Positions 30,445 to 40,818 of a stretch of 55,525 nt of DNA are shown in pieces; the first letter of the stretch is position 1, and every line of letters begins with the position of its first letter. The DNA comes from an uncultured Rhodospirillaceae bacterium (GTDB taxonomy: Bacteria > Pseudomonadota > Alphaproteobacteria > UBA2966): the NCBI GenBank assembly GCA_964401845.1, contig CAYOAD010000003.1, forward strand, positions 1-55,525. The letters are read 5' to 3'. The notes beneath the pieces are model-generated. The model did not search any database and was not told the origin of the DNA. It saw only the letters and a program-made list of their open reading frames with translations. A program made the translations under genes and the position numbers.

Positions 30445-31643
30445 GCGGCAATAACATTCTTTCCGGTATCCGTATCCTCGATCTCAGTCGCGTCATGTCG
30501 GGACCGTTCTGCACCTCGATGCTGGCCGACCTCGGCGCCGAAGTGATCAAGATCGAGTTGCCGGTACATGGTGACGAGGCGCGCTCATTCGGCCCCTACC
30601 GCGACGGGGAGAGCACCTACTTCATGCTGCTCAACCGCGACAAAAAAAGCGTCACGGTCGATATGAAAAGCGATGAGGGCCGGGCCTTGATCAACACCCT
30701 CATTCCCAAATGCGACGTGCTGGTGGAAAATTTCCGTCCCGGAGTCACGAAACGTCTAGGCCTTGACTGGGAGGCCGTTCACGCCCTCAACCCGGCGATG
30801 ATCTACGCCAGCATTTCGGGCTTCGGGCAGGAAAGTCCGCTGGCCAACTGGCCCGCCTTCGACCTCGTGATCCAGGCCATGACCGGTCTGATGAGCCTGA
30901 CCGGCCCCAAGGGCGGACCGCAGACGGCGGTCGGTGAGTCGGTGGCCGACGTCTGTACCGGCATGTTCGCCGCTTTCGGCATCATGGCCGCTCTGTTCGA
31001 CCGGGAGCGCAACGGCAACGGGCGCCACCTCGACATCGCCATGCTCGATTCCATGATGGCCATGCAGCTCACCGGTCTCGCCCGCCAACTCTATTTCGAC
31101 GACACGCCGAAGCCCGTCGGCAACCGCCATCCCGTAACATATCCGGTTGACACCTTCCCGACGACCAGCGGCGACATCGTCATGGTGTGCTTTTCCGATG
31201 CCGCGTTCCGGGCATTGGGTGAGCTGATGGGCGACGACGGCCTTGCCGACAATCCCAAATTCAAAACCAACGCCGACCGCAATACGAACGAGGAAGAATT
31301 GCGGGCTTTGATCAGTGCCTGGTCCTCCCGGCTTACCCAGGACGAAGTCATCGAACGACTTCTCAAAGCCCGCATCCCCGCCGCGCCGGTGTGGAACCTC
31401 AAACAATTGGTCGAACACGAGCACACGACAGCGCGCGGTCTGGTCGTCGAGGGCGTTCACGAGACATTCGGCAGCGTCCCCCTGGTCCGCCAGCCGGTGA
31501 AATTTTCCGATGTCGGCGGCGAAGGACCGGCCGGCGCGCCCACGACGCCGCTCCTCGGTGAACACACGGACGCCGTCCTTGGCGATTTGGCCGGCCTGTC
31601 GGCCGATGAAATCGCCGCCTTGAGATCGAAAAACGCCATTTGA
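30441..31643 (+). CDS. Family III (CaiB/BaiF) CoA-transferase
   Basis: [32 protein letters not shown]-terminus is typical of the family. 400 aa. Confidence 0.88.
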   Translation: MSGNNILSGIRILDLSRVMSGPFCTSMLADLGAEVIKIELPVHGDEARSFGPYRDGESTYFMLLNRDKKSVTVDMKSDEGRALINTLIPKCDVLVENFRPGVTKRLGLDWEAVHALNPAMIYASISGFGQESPLANWPAFDLVIQAMTGLMSLTGPKGGPQTAVGESVADVCTGMFAAFGIMAALFDRERNGNGRHLDIAMLDSMMAMQLTGLARQLYFDDTPKPVGNRHPVTYPVDTFPTTSGDIVMVCFSDAAFRALGELMGDDGLADNPKFKTNADRNTNEEELRALISAWSSRLTQDEVIERLLKARIPAAPVWNLKQLVEHEHTTARGLVVEGVHETFGSVPLVRQPVKFSDVGGEGPAGAPTTPLLGEHTDAVLGDLAGLSADEIAALRSKNAI

Positions 31644-31659
31644 TGGGAAAGCCCACGAT

Positions 31660-33330
31660 ATGACGACAGCCGCAAACCGCCGCGTGGTCCGGTCCCCCCG
31701 GGGTCCTGAACTGAACGCCAAGAGCTGGCAGACCGAAGCGCCGCTTCGCCTGATGATGAACAACCTCGATCCCGACGTGGCCGAACGTCCGGAAGAGCTG
31801 GTGGTGTACGGCGGCATCGGCCGTGCCGTGCGCAACTGGGAGAGCTTCGACCGCATGGTGGCGATGCTCAAGGAACTGGAGGACGACGAGACGCTGCTGG
31901 TGCAATCGGGCAAACCGGTCGGCGTCTTCAAAACCCATGACCGGGCGCCGCGCGTGCTGATCGCCAACGGCAACCTGGTACCCAACTGGGCCAACTGGGA
32001 AACCTTCAACGAACTCGACCGTCAGGGTCTGATGATGTACGGCCAGATGACGGCGGGTTCATGGATCTATATCGGCAGCCAAGGCATCGTCCAGGGCACC
32101 TACGAGACGTTTTCCGAAATCGGGCGACGGCATTTCAACGCGGACCCGACGGGCAAGCTCGTCGTCACCGCCGGTCTCGGCGGCATGGGCGGGGCGCAGC
32201 CGCTGGCCGCCACCATGGCGGGCTTCAACGCCATCGTCGTCGAGTGCCAGCGCCATAAAATCGATTTCCGCCTGCGCACCGGCTACCTCGATACCCATGC
32301 CGAAAATCTCGATGAGGCCTTGGGCCTAATCGAAGCGGCAAACGCCAAAGGCGAGGCGCTGTCTGTCGGCCTGTTGGGCAACGTCGTCGATGTGTTGGAA
32401 GACATGAAGACCCGCCAGATCGTGCCTGACGTATTGACCGACCAGACCTCGGCCCATGATCCCGCCTTCGGCTACCTGCCCGTCGGCTGGACCGTTGCCG
32501 AATGGGAGGAACGGCGCGAGCGCGATACGGCCGGCGTCAGCGCCGCGGCGAAGGAGAGCATGGCGCGGCATGTTGAGCTGATGCTGTCGTTCGAGCAGAT
32601 GGGCAGCATCGTACTGGAGTACGGCAACAACCTGCGCGCCATGGCGCGCGACGCCGGCGTCGAGGACGCCTTCCAGTTCCCCGGCTTCGTCGAAGCCTAC
32701 GTGCGGCCGCTGTTCTGCGAGGGCAAGGGGCCGTTCCGCTGGCTGGCGCTGTCAGGCGATCCTGAAGACATCTTCAAGACCGACCAAAAGGTGCGCGAAC
32801 TGCTGCCCGACGATACCTTCCTGCACAACTGGCTGGACAAGGCGCAGAAACACATCTCCTTCCAGGGCCTTCCCGCGAGGATCTGCTGGGTCGGTCTCGG
32901 TGACCGTCACCGCCTTGGCCTCGCCTTCAACGAGATGGTGCGGAACGGTGAATTGAGCGCGCCTATCGTGATCGGACGCGACCATATGGATTCAGGTTCC
33001 GTCGCCAGTCCGACGCGCGAGACCGAGGGCATGAAGGACGGCTCCGACGCCGTTTCCGACTGGCCCATCCTCAACGCATTGTTAAACGTCGCCAACGGTG
33101 CCACCTGGGTGTCCTTCCACCACGGCGGCGGCGTCGGTATGGGTTACTCGCAGCACGCCGGCATCGCCTTGCTGGCGGACGGCTCCGCCCTGGCCGACGA
33201 ATATCTGGCTAGAACGCTCTGGAACGATCCGGCGACGGGCGTCATGCGCCACGCCGACGCGGGCTACGATATCGCCATTGACTGCGCCCGGCGGCACGAT
33301 CTCAACCTGCCGTTTCTCGGGCCCCGCTAA
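31660..33330 (+). CDS. Urocanate hydratase paralogue (second copy)
   Basis: 556 aa, collinear with hutU at 16290..17969. Motifs [24 protein letters not shown] and [18 protein letters not shown] are all retained. Confidence 0.9.
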   Translation: MTTAANRRVVRSPRGPELNAKSWQTEAPLRLMMNNLDPDVAERPEELVVYGGIGRAVRNWESFDRMVAMLKELEDDETLLVQSGKPVGVFKTHDRAPRVLIANGNLVPNWANWETFNELDRQGLMMYGQMTAGSWIYIGSQGIVQGTYETFSEIGRRHFNADPTGKLVVTAGLGGMGGAQPLAATMAGFNAIVVECQRHKIDFRLRTGYLDTHAENLDEALGLIEAANAKGEALSVGLLGNVVDVLEDMKTRQIVPDVLTDQTSAHDPAFGYLPVGWTVAEWEERRERDTAGVSAAAKESMARHVELMLSFEQMGSIVLEYGNNLRAMARDAGVEDAFQFPGFVEAYVRPLFCEGKGPFRWLALSGDPEDIFKTDQKVRELLPDDTFLHNWLDKAQKHISFQGLPARICWVGLGDRHRLGLAFNEMVRNGELSAPIVIGRDHMDSGSVASPTRETEGMKDGSDAVSDWPILNALLNVANGATWVSFHHGGGVGMGYSQHAGIALLADGSALADEYLARTLWNDPATGVMRHADAGYDIAIDCARRHDLNLPFLGPR

Positions 33331-35807
33331 CCGGGCTGGGGATCGAGCACCTGGTCCGGATCCTTGACCCGCGCCAGCAGGCGGTTCAAGTGATCGAATT
33401 CGAGGGGCTTGTGGAGTACTGGAAAGCCTGAGCGGAACAACACCCGAAGGTCGTCGGGCCGGGTCGCGCCGGTGATGATGGCGGCGGGTATGTCGGTATG
33501 AAAATACTGCCGCACCTGGGCAATGAGTTCGAAACCGGTGGCGCCGCCGTCGAGCTGATAGTCACACAATATGAGGTCGGGTTTGCCCAACTCGTCAAGC
33601 TCCCGGATGGTCTCGAGCGCCGAGGCCGCGCCCATCGCCGCGTGTCCCCAGTCTCGCAGCAGGGCCACCATGGCGTCGAGCACGGCCGGTTCGTCGTCGA
33701 CGACGAGGATAACCAGTCTTTGCATCTCGGGCTCAGCCCGGACCGCCGCCGCTTCTTCCTCCGCGGTCTCCGCCGACGGGCCGCCGACCGCGGCCGGTGC
33801 CGTGACGGTAAACGCGGTGCCCCGGCCCGGTTGCGAATCAAGAGCGATTTGAAACGCCATCAACCGGCACAAATCAGCCACGATGGAAAGCCCGAGCCCC
33901 AGGCCCGACGGTGAGGCGGTGCCTTCCTGGCGCAGCTGAACGAATTGCTCGAAGATCCGCTCCTGTTCGCCTTCCGGGATGCCCCGGCCATTGTCGATGA
34001 CGCAGAGCCGCACTTGGTCCCCCCGCCGCCGCGCGCCGACCACGATCTTACCGTCAGGCGCGGCGTTGACGGCATTGACGAGGAGGTTCACCAAAATCCG
34101 CCGCAGCAGACGCCGGTCGGCCCGCACGGCCAGGCTGGTATCGACAAATGTCAAAGCCACCCCGCGTCTCAGTGCCTGGGCCTCGACGGCGTATTGCACC
34201 TCGCGGAAAAGATCGCTTAACGAGACCGCCGCCAAACTGGGCTCGACCGTCCCCGCCTCGAGGCGGGAAATATCCAGCATGGTTTCCAGCATGCCCGACA
34301 GGGATCGCACCAGCTGCGCCTGCTTGTCGGCGATGTCCTTCAGCCCCGCCTCGTGTTCGACCTGGTAAAGCAGTGACTGGTTGAACACCGACAGCGCGTG
34401 AATGGGCTGGCGCAGGTCATGGCTGGCCGTGGCGAGGAAATTTGATTTCTCCCGCGCCGTCTTTTCCGCCTCAGCGCGGGCGTGTTCCAGGTCCGATGTG
34501 CGGTCTGCGACCTGTTGCTCCAGCGAACCGGTCAACGTTTCCAGTTCGGAGGAAAGTTTGCGCGCCTGGTCGTAAACGGCGCGGGTCCGCGATCCCAGCG
34601 CGATGGCGAAACCGGCCGATAGAATGGCGATGCCGAACGGCGTGAGGTCCGGCAACGCCCAGGGCTTGAGGTCGAAGGTGTGAAGGTAGGCGGCCGAATC
34701 ATTCAGCAGGGTGAAGAAAAAGAGGACGGTGCATATCACCACCGCCGCCGCACCGTGCTGTTTACGGATCCAGGCCAGGATGAGCGCGCCTTGGGCGTAG
34801 ACGATGACAACCAGCATGACGAAGATCCAGAAATCCTGGAAGCTCGTATAGACGTGAACCGGCGCCACCGTCGCCAGGGCCGTCATGGCCAGGGAGAGGC
34901 CGTAGACCGGCCAACGCACGAGCTTGGGAAATTCACGCGGGAACATCGCCGCCATGAAGGCGACGTAGGTCAGCGGGGCGAGATAGAGGGTCTGGTACTC
35001 GATCAGCTTCGTACTGGTCTGAGGCAGATCGGGATCGAGAAAATAGGGAATGGCCTGCACCGTAAAAAGCCGGACAAGCAGCACCACCGACAACGCGCAG
35101 TACCAGAAGTGTGCCCATTCCGGCGGCCCGCCGAGGCTACGGATGAAGTAGGCGAGTTGGAAGACCAGCAGGGCCAGCAAGGCGCCGAAGACGAAGACGT
35201 AGAAAAAATAGAAGGTCCGAACCCGCGATTGCATGGCCGCTTCGTCGCCGATCAGCAGGGGGCGCAATACGCCGCCCGCGAAATGCTCGAAATTGGCGAC
35301 GATCAGGACAAGTTCCACCTCGTCCGTCTCCGGCAGCGCAAAGATACGCTGGAGGTAAAACGCCTCAAATCCCTCCGGCGTTTCCGTGATCTTGCCGTTC
35401 GAGCCAGCCAATTCGCCGTTGATCCAGAATTCATGCGCCGAGTAGGGGTGCTGCAGGTTGACCGCCAGCGAGCGGGCATGCTCGGGCAGTTTCATTCTCA
35501 GCCGATAACTGGCCACGCCGAAGCCAAGCGGTGCGGAGGAAGATTGATCGGTCTCGTCGCGGCGGTGCCAGGCATCGGGCAGCGTCGTCACGTCGCCGGT
35601 GTACAGGCGCGAATAGTCGCCGGGCCGGGCGATCTTGCCGCGAATGACCTGCCAGGGACCAGTCAGCGGCAGCGGCGCCGATTGGCTCGGCGCGGCCGGC
35701 GAGTTGTCAGCAGCGGTATTTTCCGCCCATGCGGCCGGCCCGGAGGAAATGACCGCGGCCAGGGCGAACGCTGGGAATATAATCCGGATCAACTTGACAA
35801 AAATCAA
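33327..35807 (-). CDS. Hybrid sensor histidine kinase: 7TMR-DISMED2 periplasmic domain, 7TMR-DISM 7-TM block, HisKA, HATPase_c, receiver
   Basis: H-box [17 protein letters not shown]-boxes DNGRGIP and [10 protein letters not shown]-terminal receiver (ILVVDDEP...[10 protein letters not shown]). TTG start at 35807 lies after GAGGTG. Confidence 0.85.
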   Translation of the reverse strand: MIFVKLIRIIFPAFALAAVISSGPAAWAENTAADNSPAAPSQSAPLPLTGPWQVIRGKIARPGDYSRLYTGDVTTLPDAWHRRDETDQSSSAPLGFGVASYRLRMKLPEHARSLAVNLQHPYSAHEFWINGELAGSNGKITETPEGFEAFYLQRIFALPETDEVELVLIVANFEHFAGGVLRPLLIGDEAAMQSRVRTFYFFYVFVFGALLALLVFQLAYFIRSLGGPPEWAHFWYCALSVVLLVRLFTVQAIPYFLDPDLPQTSTKLIEYQTLYLAPLTYVAFMAAMFPREFPKLVRWPVYGLSLAMTALATVAPVHVYTSFQDFWIFVMLVVIVYAQGALILAWIRKQHGAAAVVICTVLFFFTLLNDSAAYLHTFDLKPWALPDLTPFGIAILSAGFAIALGSRTRAVYDQARKLSSELETLTGSLEQQVADRTSDLEHARAEAEKTAREKSNFLATASHDLRQPIHALSVFNQSLLYQVEHEAGLKDIADKQAQLVRSLSGMLETMLDISRLEAGTVEPSLAAVSLSDLFREVQYAVEAQALRRGVALTFVDTSLAVRADRRLLRRILVNLLVNAVNAAPDGKIVVGARRRGDQVRLCVIDNGRGIPEGEQERIFEQFVQLRQEGTASPSGLGLGLSIVADLCRLMAFQIALDSQPGRGTAFTVTAPAAVGGPSAETAEEEAAAVRAEPEMQRLVILVVDDEPAVLDAMVALLRDWGHAAMGAASALETIRELDELGKPDLILCDYQLDGGATGFELIAQVRQYFHTDIPAAIITGATRPDDLRVLFRSGFPVLHKPLEFDHLNRLLARVKDPDQVLDPQPG

Positions 35808-35907
35808 AGCCCGTCACCTCAAAAGACACCCTAATTGTAACCCATCCTGCGGGTGGCGTAGCGGCTCTCCGCCAATTAGAACCTGAGTTTACGCCGCGCC
35901 TGAGTAA

Positions 35908-35925
35908 ATACGCAGGAATGCGTAT
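35908..35925. promoter_or_regulatory. 7-4-7 inverted repeat in the kinase/regulator divergent spacer, candidate LuxR/NarL-type response-regulator site
   Basis: ATACGCA-GGAA-TGCGTAT has perfect 7-bp arms. The half-site TACGCAT resembles the NarL heptamer TACYYMT. Confidence 0.4.
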
Positions 35926-36034
35926 GTCCCGGCCCTGGCCGTTTGGACATAGTTGACCTGGCTCGTGATTGCCCCCAGTTAAGCTCTTATCCCCCCACAC
36001 GCTTTCGTCTTTACCGAACGAACAAACGAGATCG

Positions 36035-36688
36035 ATGAACCAACCGTCCAAAGCTCCCAATGCTGTCCTCGTTGCGGACGACCACACGCTGATTCGTGAG
36101 GGTATTGCGTCGCTGCTGGAGCGCATCGACGGCATTTCAGAGGTCGTCCAGACCGGCAACGGCCGCTCGGCGCTCGATTTGATTTTGAAGCGGACGTTTG
36201 AGCTCGTGGTGTTGGACATCAGGCTGCCCGGCCTGACCGGTCTCGATATCGCCCGCGAAATCCGGCGGCGCGAAATGCCCACGCGGGTCGTGATAATGAC
36301 GGGTTTGAGCGCCGAAAACCTGGCCCTGGAGGCCCTGAACCGCGTCCATGTCGACGCTTTTTTCTTCAAGACCGCCGAACTCAAGCAGGTCAACGAGGCT
36401 GTAACGGCGGCACTCAACGGCGACCAGTACTTCCCCAGCGATCTGGAATTTTCCGACGAAACCAACGGCCTGTCCTCGGGCGCCGCGGACGTGGCCGAGC
36501 TCTTGAGCAACCGCGAAATGCAGGTCATCAAGCTGGTGGCCGAAGGTCATACCTCCAACAGCGCCGGCGAACTTCTCGGCATCAGCACCCATACGGTGCG
36601 CAAACACCGCGAAAACATCAAGCGCAAGCTCGGCCTCGGCACGGTCGCGGAATTGTCGGCCTTCGCGGTTCGCAACAACATGATCTGA
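36035..36688 (+). CDS. LuxR/NarL/FixJ family response regulator
   Basis: Receiver (VLVADDHTLIREG...VVLDIRLPG) plus LuxR HTH (LSNREMQVIKLVAEGHTSNSAGELLGISTHTVRKHRENI). ATG at 36035. Confidence 0.88.
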   Translation: MNQPSKAPNAVLVADDHTLIREGIASLLERIDGISEVVQTGNGRSALDLILKRTFELVVLDIRLPGLTGLDIAREIRRREMPTRVVIMTGLSAENLALEALNRVHVDAFFFKTAELKQVNEAVTAALNGDQYFPSDLEFSDETNGLSSGAADVAELLSNREMQVIKLVAEGHTSNSAGELLGISTHTVRKHRENIKRKLGLGTVAELSAFAVRNNMI

Positions 36689-36698
36689 ATCGAAACGA

Positions 36699-36719
36699 GG
36701 CCCGGTCTGAAACCGGGCC
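36699..36719. terminator. Stem-loop between convergent genes, possibly a bidirectional terminator
   Basis: GGCCCGGT-CTGAA-ACCGGGCC, 8-bp perfect stem. A T-rich tract follows only on the minus-strand side. Confidence 0.5.
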
Positions 36720-36764
36720 CCGCAACGGACCTCCAGCAATGAGAGAGTGTTGCTCCGAGGTGGT

Positions 36765-37853
36765 TTAGAAGGCGATCGAGAGGCTGCCCGAGAACGTCGT
36801 GCCGTCGAAGTTGCTGCGGCTGAGCGTTTTGCTGACGTCCAGACCGCCCGACATGGCGCCTGAGCCGAAAATGCTCAGGCCACCGCCCAAGACGACCTCG
36901 TCCGCGTCGTTCGACGGCTGGGCCTGGCCTGCCGCGACGACGATGCGGTCTTTGCCCAGTTCCCGGTTGTAGGTGAGTTTGGCGTAAGGCATCACGGTTC
37001 CGGCGTAATAGCTCACCTGCCCGCCCAGCGAAATCTGCTTGAAGGTGGATGAGCTCGAGGCGATGGCCGTACCGTTGCTTTCGGTGAAGGCGTCATTGTC
37101 GGTATTGGAATAGGTATATCCGGCGCTGCCGCTCAATCCCACATTACCCTTCCAGGTAGAGACGTTGAGGTTGAGCGCGGCAAAGCGGCTGCTTGAATCC
37201 TGGGTACCGGTTATGGTCGCGCCGGCGGCGACGCGGGTGTTGTCGCTTTCCGAGCGGGACAGACCGACGCTGGCGTCGATACTGACCATGTCGTTGATGA
37301 CGAAGGCGGCATAGGGGCTGAGGCTCCAGCCCGTGGTGTCGGTACTGCCGCCGTTGAAGGTCGAAGTCGTATCCGTGCTGGAATAGCCGGCGCTCAGACC
37401 CAGCGTCATGCTGTCGCCGATTGATTTGTCGACGCCGAGGGAAAGGCTGTTGGTGTCGGAATCATACGCCGTCGAAGCGAAATCGTCTTCGGCCGAGGAA
37501 CGGGAAAGCGCCAAGAAGCCGGACATGCCGCCCGAGCCGTCACCCGCGGCAATGCCGCTGCCGAACTCGCCCGGCAGGCTGGCCATCTTGGCCAGCGGGT
37601 TGGCCTGGCGCCGCAGCGCGATCGAACGCGTGTGGGCGAAAATGTTGTTGATCGTCTGCACGGTCGTCACCCGCTGTTGCTCCGAGATCAGGACATCGGA
37701 AGCCGGGCGGGTCGTGGTGTCGTTGTCGCTGCTTTCGGAATCCTGTGCCCAGGCGGAACCCGCGCCGGCGGCCAACGATCCGGCGATGATAACTGATGCC
37801 GCCAAGAACTTGGCGAGGGGGGGCCGTACCATCGAACTGAGCATGAAAATCAT
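36765..37853 (-). CDS. Autotransporter-type outer-membrane beta-barrel protein with a very short passenger
   Basis: Signal peptide ending AGSAWAQ. Alternating beta-strand pattern rich in S/T/G/Y, with C-terminal ...SGSLSIAF. The start is ambiguous (37853, 37844 or 37832; listed start 37907). Confidence 0.7.
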   Translation of the reverse strand: MIFMLSSMVRPPLAKFLAASVIIAGSLAAGAGSAWAQDSESSDNDTTTRPASDVLISEQQRVTTVQTINNIFAHTRSIALRRQANPLAKMASLPGEFGSGIAAGDGSGGMSGFLALSRSSAEDDFASTAYDSDTNSLSLGVDKSIGDSMTLGLSAGYSSTDTTSTFNGGSTDTTGWSLSPYAAFVINDMVSIDASVGLSRSESDNTRVAAGATITGTQDSSSRFAALNLNVSTWKGNVGLSGSAGYTYSNTDNDAFTESNGTAIASSSSTFKQISLGGQVSYYAGTVMPYAKLTYNRELGKDRIVVAAGQAQPSNDADEVVLGGGLSIFGSGAMSGGLDVSKTLSRSNFDGTTFSGSLSIAF

Positions 37854-37989
37854 CCCTTGGGTCTGAAAAATGTAAATCGTAAACGTTCCGCCCATCGCAT
37901 AAGGCACGGAAAACCAAGGGAAAATACCAGTGCCGCCGCGCTTGCGAAATTAGCAGAGTTGCGTATTCAGTGAATTGTTTCGGGCGTTT

Positions 37990-39597
37990 CTAAAACCGTC
38001 CGTCGTAGGCCTTGCGTCCGATCACGGCGGCGATAAGGGTGAAGGTATCGCGCGCCAGGGCGGCCTCCAAGGCAGCGGCCAAACCGGCACGGTCCTCCAC
38101 CCGGCAACCCGTTCCGCCCAGGGCCTCGGCCACGGCGGGAAAATCGGTGCCGCCGAAATCGACGGCCAAGTTGGGCAGCTGGGAGCCGCGCTGCTTCAGT
38201 TCGATCAGGCCAAGGCTCTCGTCGACGAAGACGACGATGGGCAGTCCGAGCCGCAGATCACGCAGGGTGGCCAATTCGCCCAGGAACATCTCCAGCCCGG
38301 CGTCGCCGACGAACACCGCCACGGGCCGCGAGGGTTCCGTCAGCTTGCGCCCGATGGCCAGCGGCAGCGCGCAGCCCATGGTGCAAAGCGCCGAGGACTG
38401 CAACAGACCGCGCGGCTCAAAGCAGTCCCAGATCTGGCTCAACAGGATGCGGTGGGCGCCGGTGTCCACCGTCGCCACCGTCTCACGTGGCAACACGCGG
38501 CGGCTTTCATCAACCACGGCGGCCGGTCCCCAGTCCTCGTCGCGGTCGAAATCGCCGCGTAGGGCTTGGCGCACACCGGCGGCTTCACCGTTGGGCCAGT
38601 GAGGGCGGGCTGCTGTGTCCCGGCGCAGCGCCGCCAGACCGGCACCGACGTCGCCCACGAAATTGAGCGCCGCCTGGTGCACGTAATGGGTATTGGCGGC
38701 GGCGGAGAATTCGATGACGCGGGCGTCCTTGCTCCAGGCGTCGCGCCAGCCCTGGCGCATTTCGATGGGGTCGTAGCCGGCCAGCACGAGGCAATCGCTC
38801 AGCCCAACCAGCGGCAGCAAATGGCGGTCGGCCTTGGGCGACAACCCCGCCGCCCCCAACGCCAGCACATCGTCTTCCGGCAGAACGCCCTTGGCCTTGT
38901 AGGTGGTGATCAGCGGCACGTCCAAATCCCGGCAGAAATCGGCGACCTGGGTCGCGCAGCCCTGATTGAGCACGTCAACGCCGGCGACCATCAACGGCCG
39001 TTCGGCCTCGGCCAGCCAGCGCCGCGCCGTTTCCAGGTCATCGCCTTCCGCCGGCGCCATCGGGGCGAGCGGCGCGCGGTTGGGCTGGGCGCCATCGGGC
39101 TGTTCGGCGTCCTGGGCGTCCATCGCCACGTCGAGCAGTACCGGGCCGGGCCGGTCCTGGGTGGCGATAGCAACGGCCTTGTCGGCCAGCACCGACGCCG
39201 TGCCCTGGACGACGCGGAAGGCCGCTTTGGTCACCGGTTCGAGGAACTTCACCTGGTCGAATATCTGGTGCGTGTAGGTATGGCCTTCGACATCGGGCAC
39301 CGAGCCCGTAAGCACGATCATCGGCACCCGGTCCTGCAGGGCGTTGGCCACGACGTTGGCGGCGTTGGCGATACCGGGACCGATGGTCGCCACCAGGATA
39401 CCCGGCGCGCCGTCGTGGTGGTGAACGCCCTCCGCCATGAAGCCCGCGCTGTTCTCGTGCTTGGCCAGCACCACGCGCATGCCGACACGCTCAAGTGCGG
39501 CCATCAGCGCCAGGACCTCGCCGCCCGGTATGCCGAAGGCGTGACGGCAGCCGGCGTCGTAGAGGCGCTGAGCGATGACCTCGGCGCTGGTCGCCAT
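37990..39597 (-). CDS. Thiamine-diphosphate enzyme, acetolactate synthase large-subunit-like family
   Basis: N-terminal Pyr domain (AFGIPGGEVLALMAAL...HENSAGFMAEG) and C-terminal ThDP motif (GDAGLEMFLGELATL). The ATG overlaps the upstream stop as ATGA at 39597. Confidence 0.85.
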   Translation of the reverse strand: MATSAEVIAQRLYDAGCRHAFGIPGGEVLALMAALERVGMRVVLAKHENSAGFMAEGVHHHDGAPGILVATIGPGIANAANVVANALQDRVPMIVLTGSVPDVEGHTYTHQIFDQVKFLEPVTKAAFRVVQGTASVLADKAVAIATQDRPGPVLLDVAMDAQDAEQPDGAQPNRAPLAPMAPAEGDDLETARRWLAEAERPLMVAGVDVLNQGCATQVADFCRDLDVPLITTYKAKGVLPEDDVLALGAAGLSPKADRHLLPLVGLSDCLVLAGYDPIEMRQGWRDAWSKDARVIEFSAAANTHYVHQAALNFVGDVGAGLAALRRDTAARPHWPNGEAAGVRQALRGDFDRDEDWGPAAVVDESRRVLPRETVATVDTGAHRILLSQIWDCFEPRGLLQSSALCTMGCALPLAIGRKLTEPSRPVAVFVGDAGLEMFLGELATLRDLRLGLPIVVFVDESLGLIELKQRGSQLPNLAVDFGGTDFPAVAEALGGTGCRVEDRAGLAAALEAALARDTFTLIAAVIGRKAYDGRF

Positions 39598-40802
39598 CAG
39601 CGGGCCGGTGAATTGAGCCGCGCATACCCATCGCGGGTCTGCGGCAGTTTGCGGTCCAGAAGGCGGGAGGCCACGACGGTGCGCAGGATCTGCGCCGTGC
39701 CGCCACCGATGGTGAACATGCGCGCATCTCGCACCATTCTCTCAAGCGGCAGATTGCGTGAGTAGCCCGCCGCGCCGAACACCTGCAGCGCGTCGTTGGT
39801 TACCTTGATGGCGGTCTCGGAGGCCAGGATCTTGGCCTGGGCGGCCTCCAGCGGATCGGGAAAACCGTCTCCCGCGGCGGCCTTGTAGATCAATGCCTGG
39901 GCCGCCGCCAGGGAAATGCTCATGTCCGAGAGCATCCACTGCAGGCCCTGGAATTCACAGATCGGACGGCCGAACTGTTCGCGGGTCTGGGCGTAATCGA
40001 GCGCCAGTTCATAGGCCCCCTCGGCGATCCCGAGCGCTACCGTCGCCGCGCCGACGCGCTGGGCATTGTAGGCGTTCATCAACCCGGCGAAGCCCCGGCG
40101 CAATCCTTCGGGCGGCAGCACGATCATGTCTTCCGGAACCTCAAGGTCCTCGAACAGGACCTCGGTCTCGGGAATGCCCTTGAGACCCATGGCGGGTTCG
40201 CGCCGGCCGATGCGCAAGCCCTTGGGCGTCCCGGCCTCGGCGTCACGCAGACAGAGAAAACCGCCGATGCCCTGTTCCTCGCCGTTCTCGAAGACGCGGG
40301 CGAAGATCAGGTGAACCCTGGAAACGCCACCGCCCGTGATCCAGTGCTTGCCGCCGTTCAGAACGTAACGGTCGCCCTGTTTGTCGGCGCGCGTCGTCAT
40401 TTCCGTGGCGGCGCTGCCCGCGCCGGGTTCGGTGATGCAGATGGCCGGTTTGTCGCCGGCCAGTACGGCGTCGGCGGCCAGGCGCTTTTGCGCTTCCGAG
40501 CCGAATTGCATGACAGCGCCGATGGCGCCCATGTTGGCTTCCACCACGATGCGTCCCGTGACGCCGCAAACCTTGGCCATTTCCTCGATGACCAGCACGG
40601 CTTCGGCATAGCCCAAACCCTGTCCGCCGTAGGCTTCGGGGATGGTCATGCCCATGAAGCCGGCGCCGGTCAGTGCCGCGACGTTGTCCCAGGGGTATTC
40701 CTCCGTGCGGTCGACTTCCGCAGCGCGCGCGGCGATGACATCCGTCGCCAAGGCCCGCGCGGCGTCGCGGATTTGAATTTGCGTTTCGCTCAGTCGAAGC
40801 AT
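39597..40802 (-). CDS. Acyl-CoA dehydrogenase-fold protein lacking both catalytic-base glutamates, predicted 3-sulfinopropionyl-CoA-type desulfinase
   Basis: ACAD motifs are present (GDKPAICITEPGAGSA, WITGGG). However it has Arg84 (VTGRIVVE), Gln248 (NAYNAQRVG) and Gly366-368 (FTIGGGTAQI in place of YEGT). Codons were checked in the DNA. Confidence 0.65.
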   Translation of the reverse strand: MLRLSETQIQIRDAARALATDVIAARAAEVDRTEEYPWDNVAALTGAGFMGMTIPEAYGGQGLGYAEAVLVIEEMAKVCGVTGRIVVEANMGAIGAVMQFGSEAQKRLAADAVLAGDKPAICITEPGAGSAATEMTTRADKQGDRYVLNGGKHWITGGGVSRVHLIFARVFENGEEQGIGGFLCLRDAEAGTPKGLRIGRREPAMGLKGIPETEVLFEDLEVPEDMIVLPPEGLRRGFAGLMNAYNAQRVGAATVALGIAEGAYELALDYAQTREQFGRPICEFQGLQWMLSDMSISLAAAQALIYKAAAGDGFPDPLEAAQAKILASETAIKVTNDALQVFGAAGYSRNLPLERMVRDARMFTIGGGTAQILRTVVASRLLDRKLPQTRDGYARLNSPAR

Positions 40803-40818
40803 GTTCCTACCCCTTGCC

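Noticed and set aside
30756-32009. 417-aa minus-strand ORF spanning the CoA-transferase / second hutU junction
   Set aside because: It is antisense to two strongly supported genes and has low-complexity R/G/S/A-rich sequence with no domain signature.
34680-35834. 384-aa plus-strand ORF opposite the 7TMR-DISM kinase
   Set aside because: It is antisense to the 7-TM region of a well-supported kinase, and its composition is R/G/D/Q-rich without motifs.
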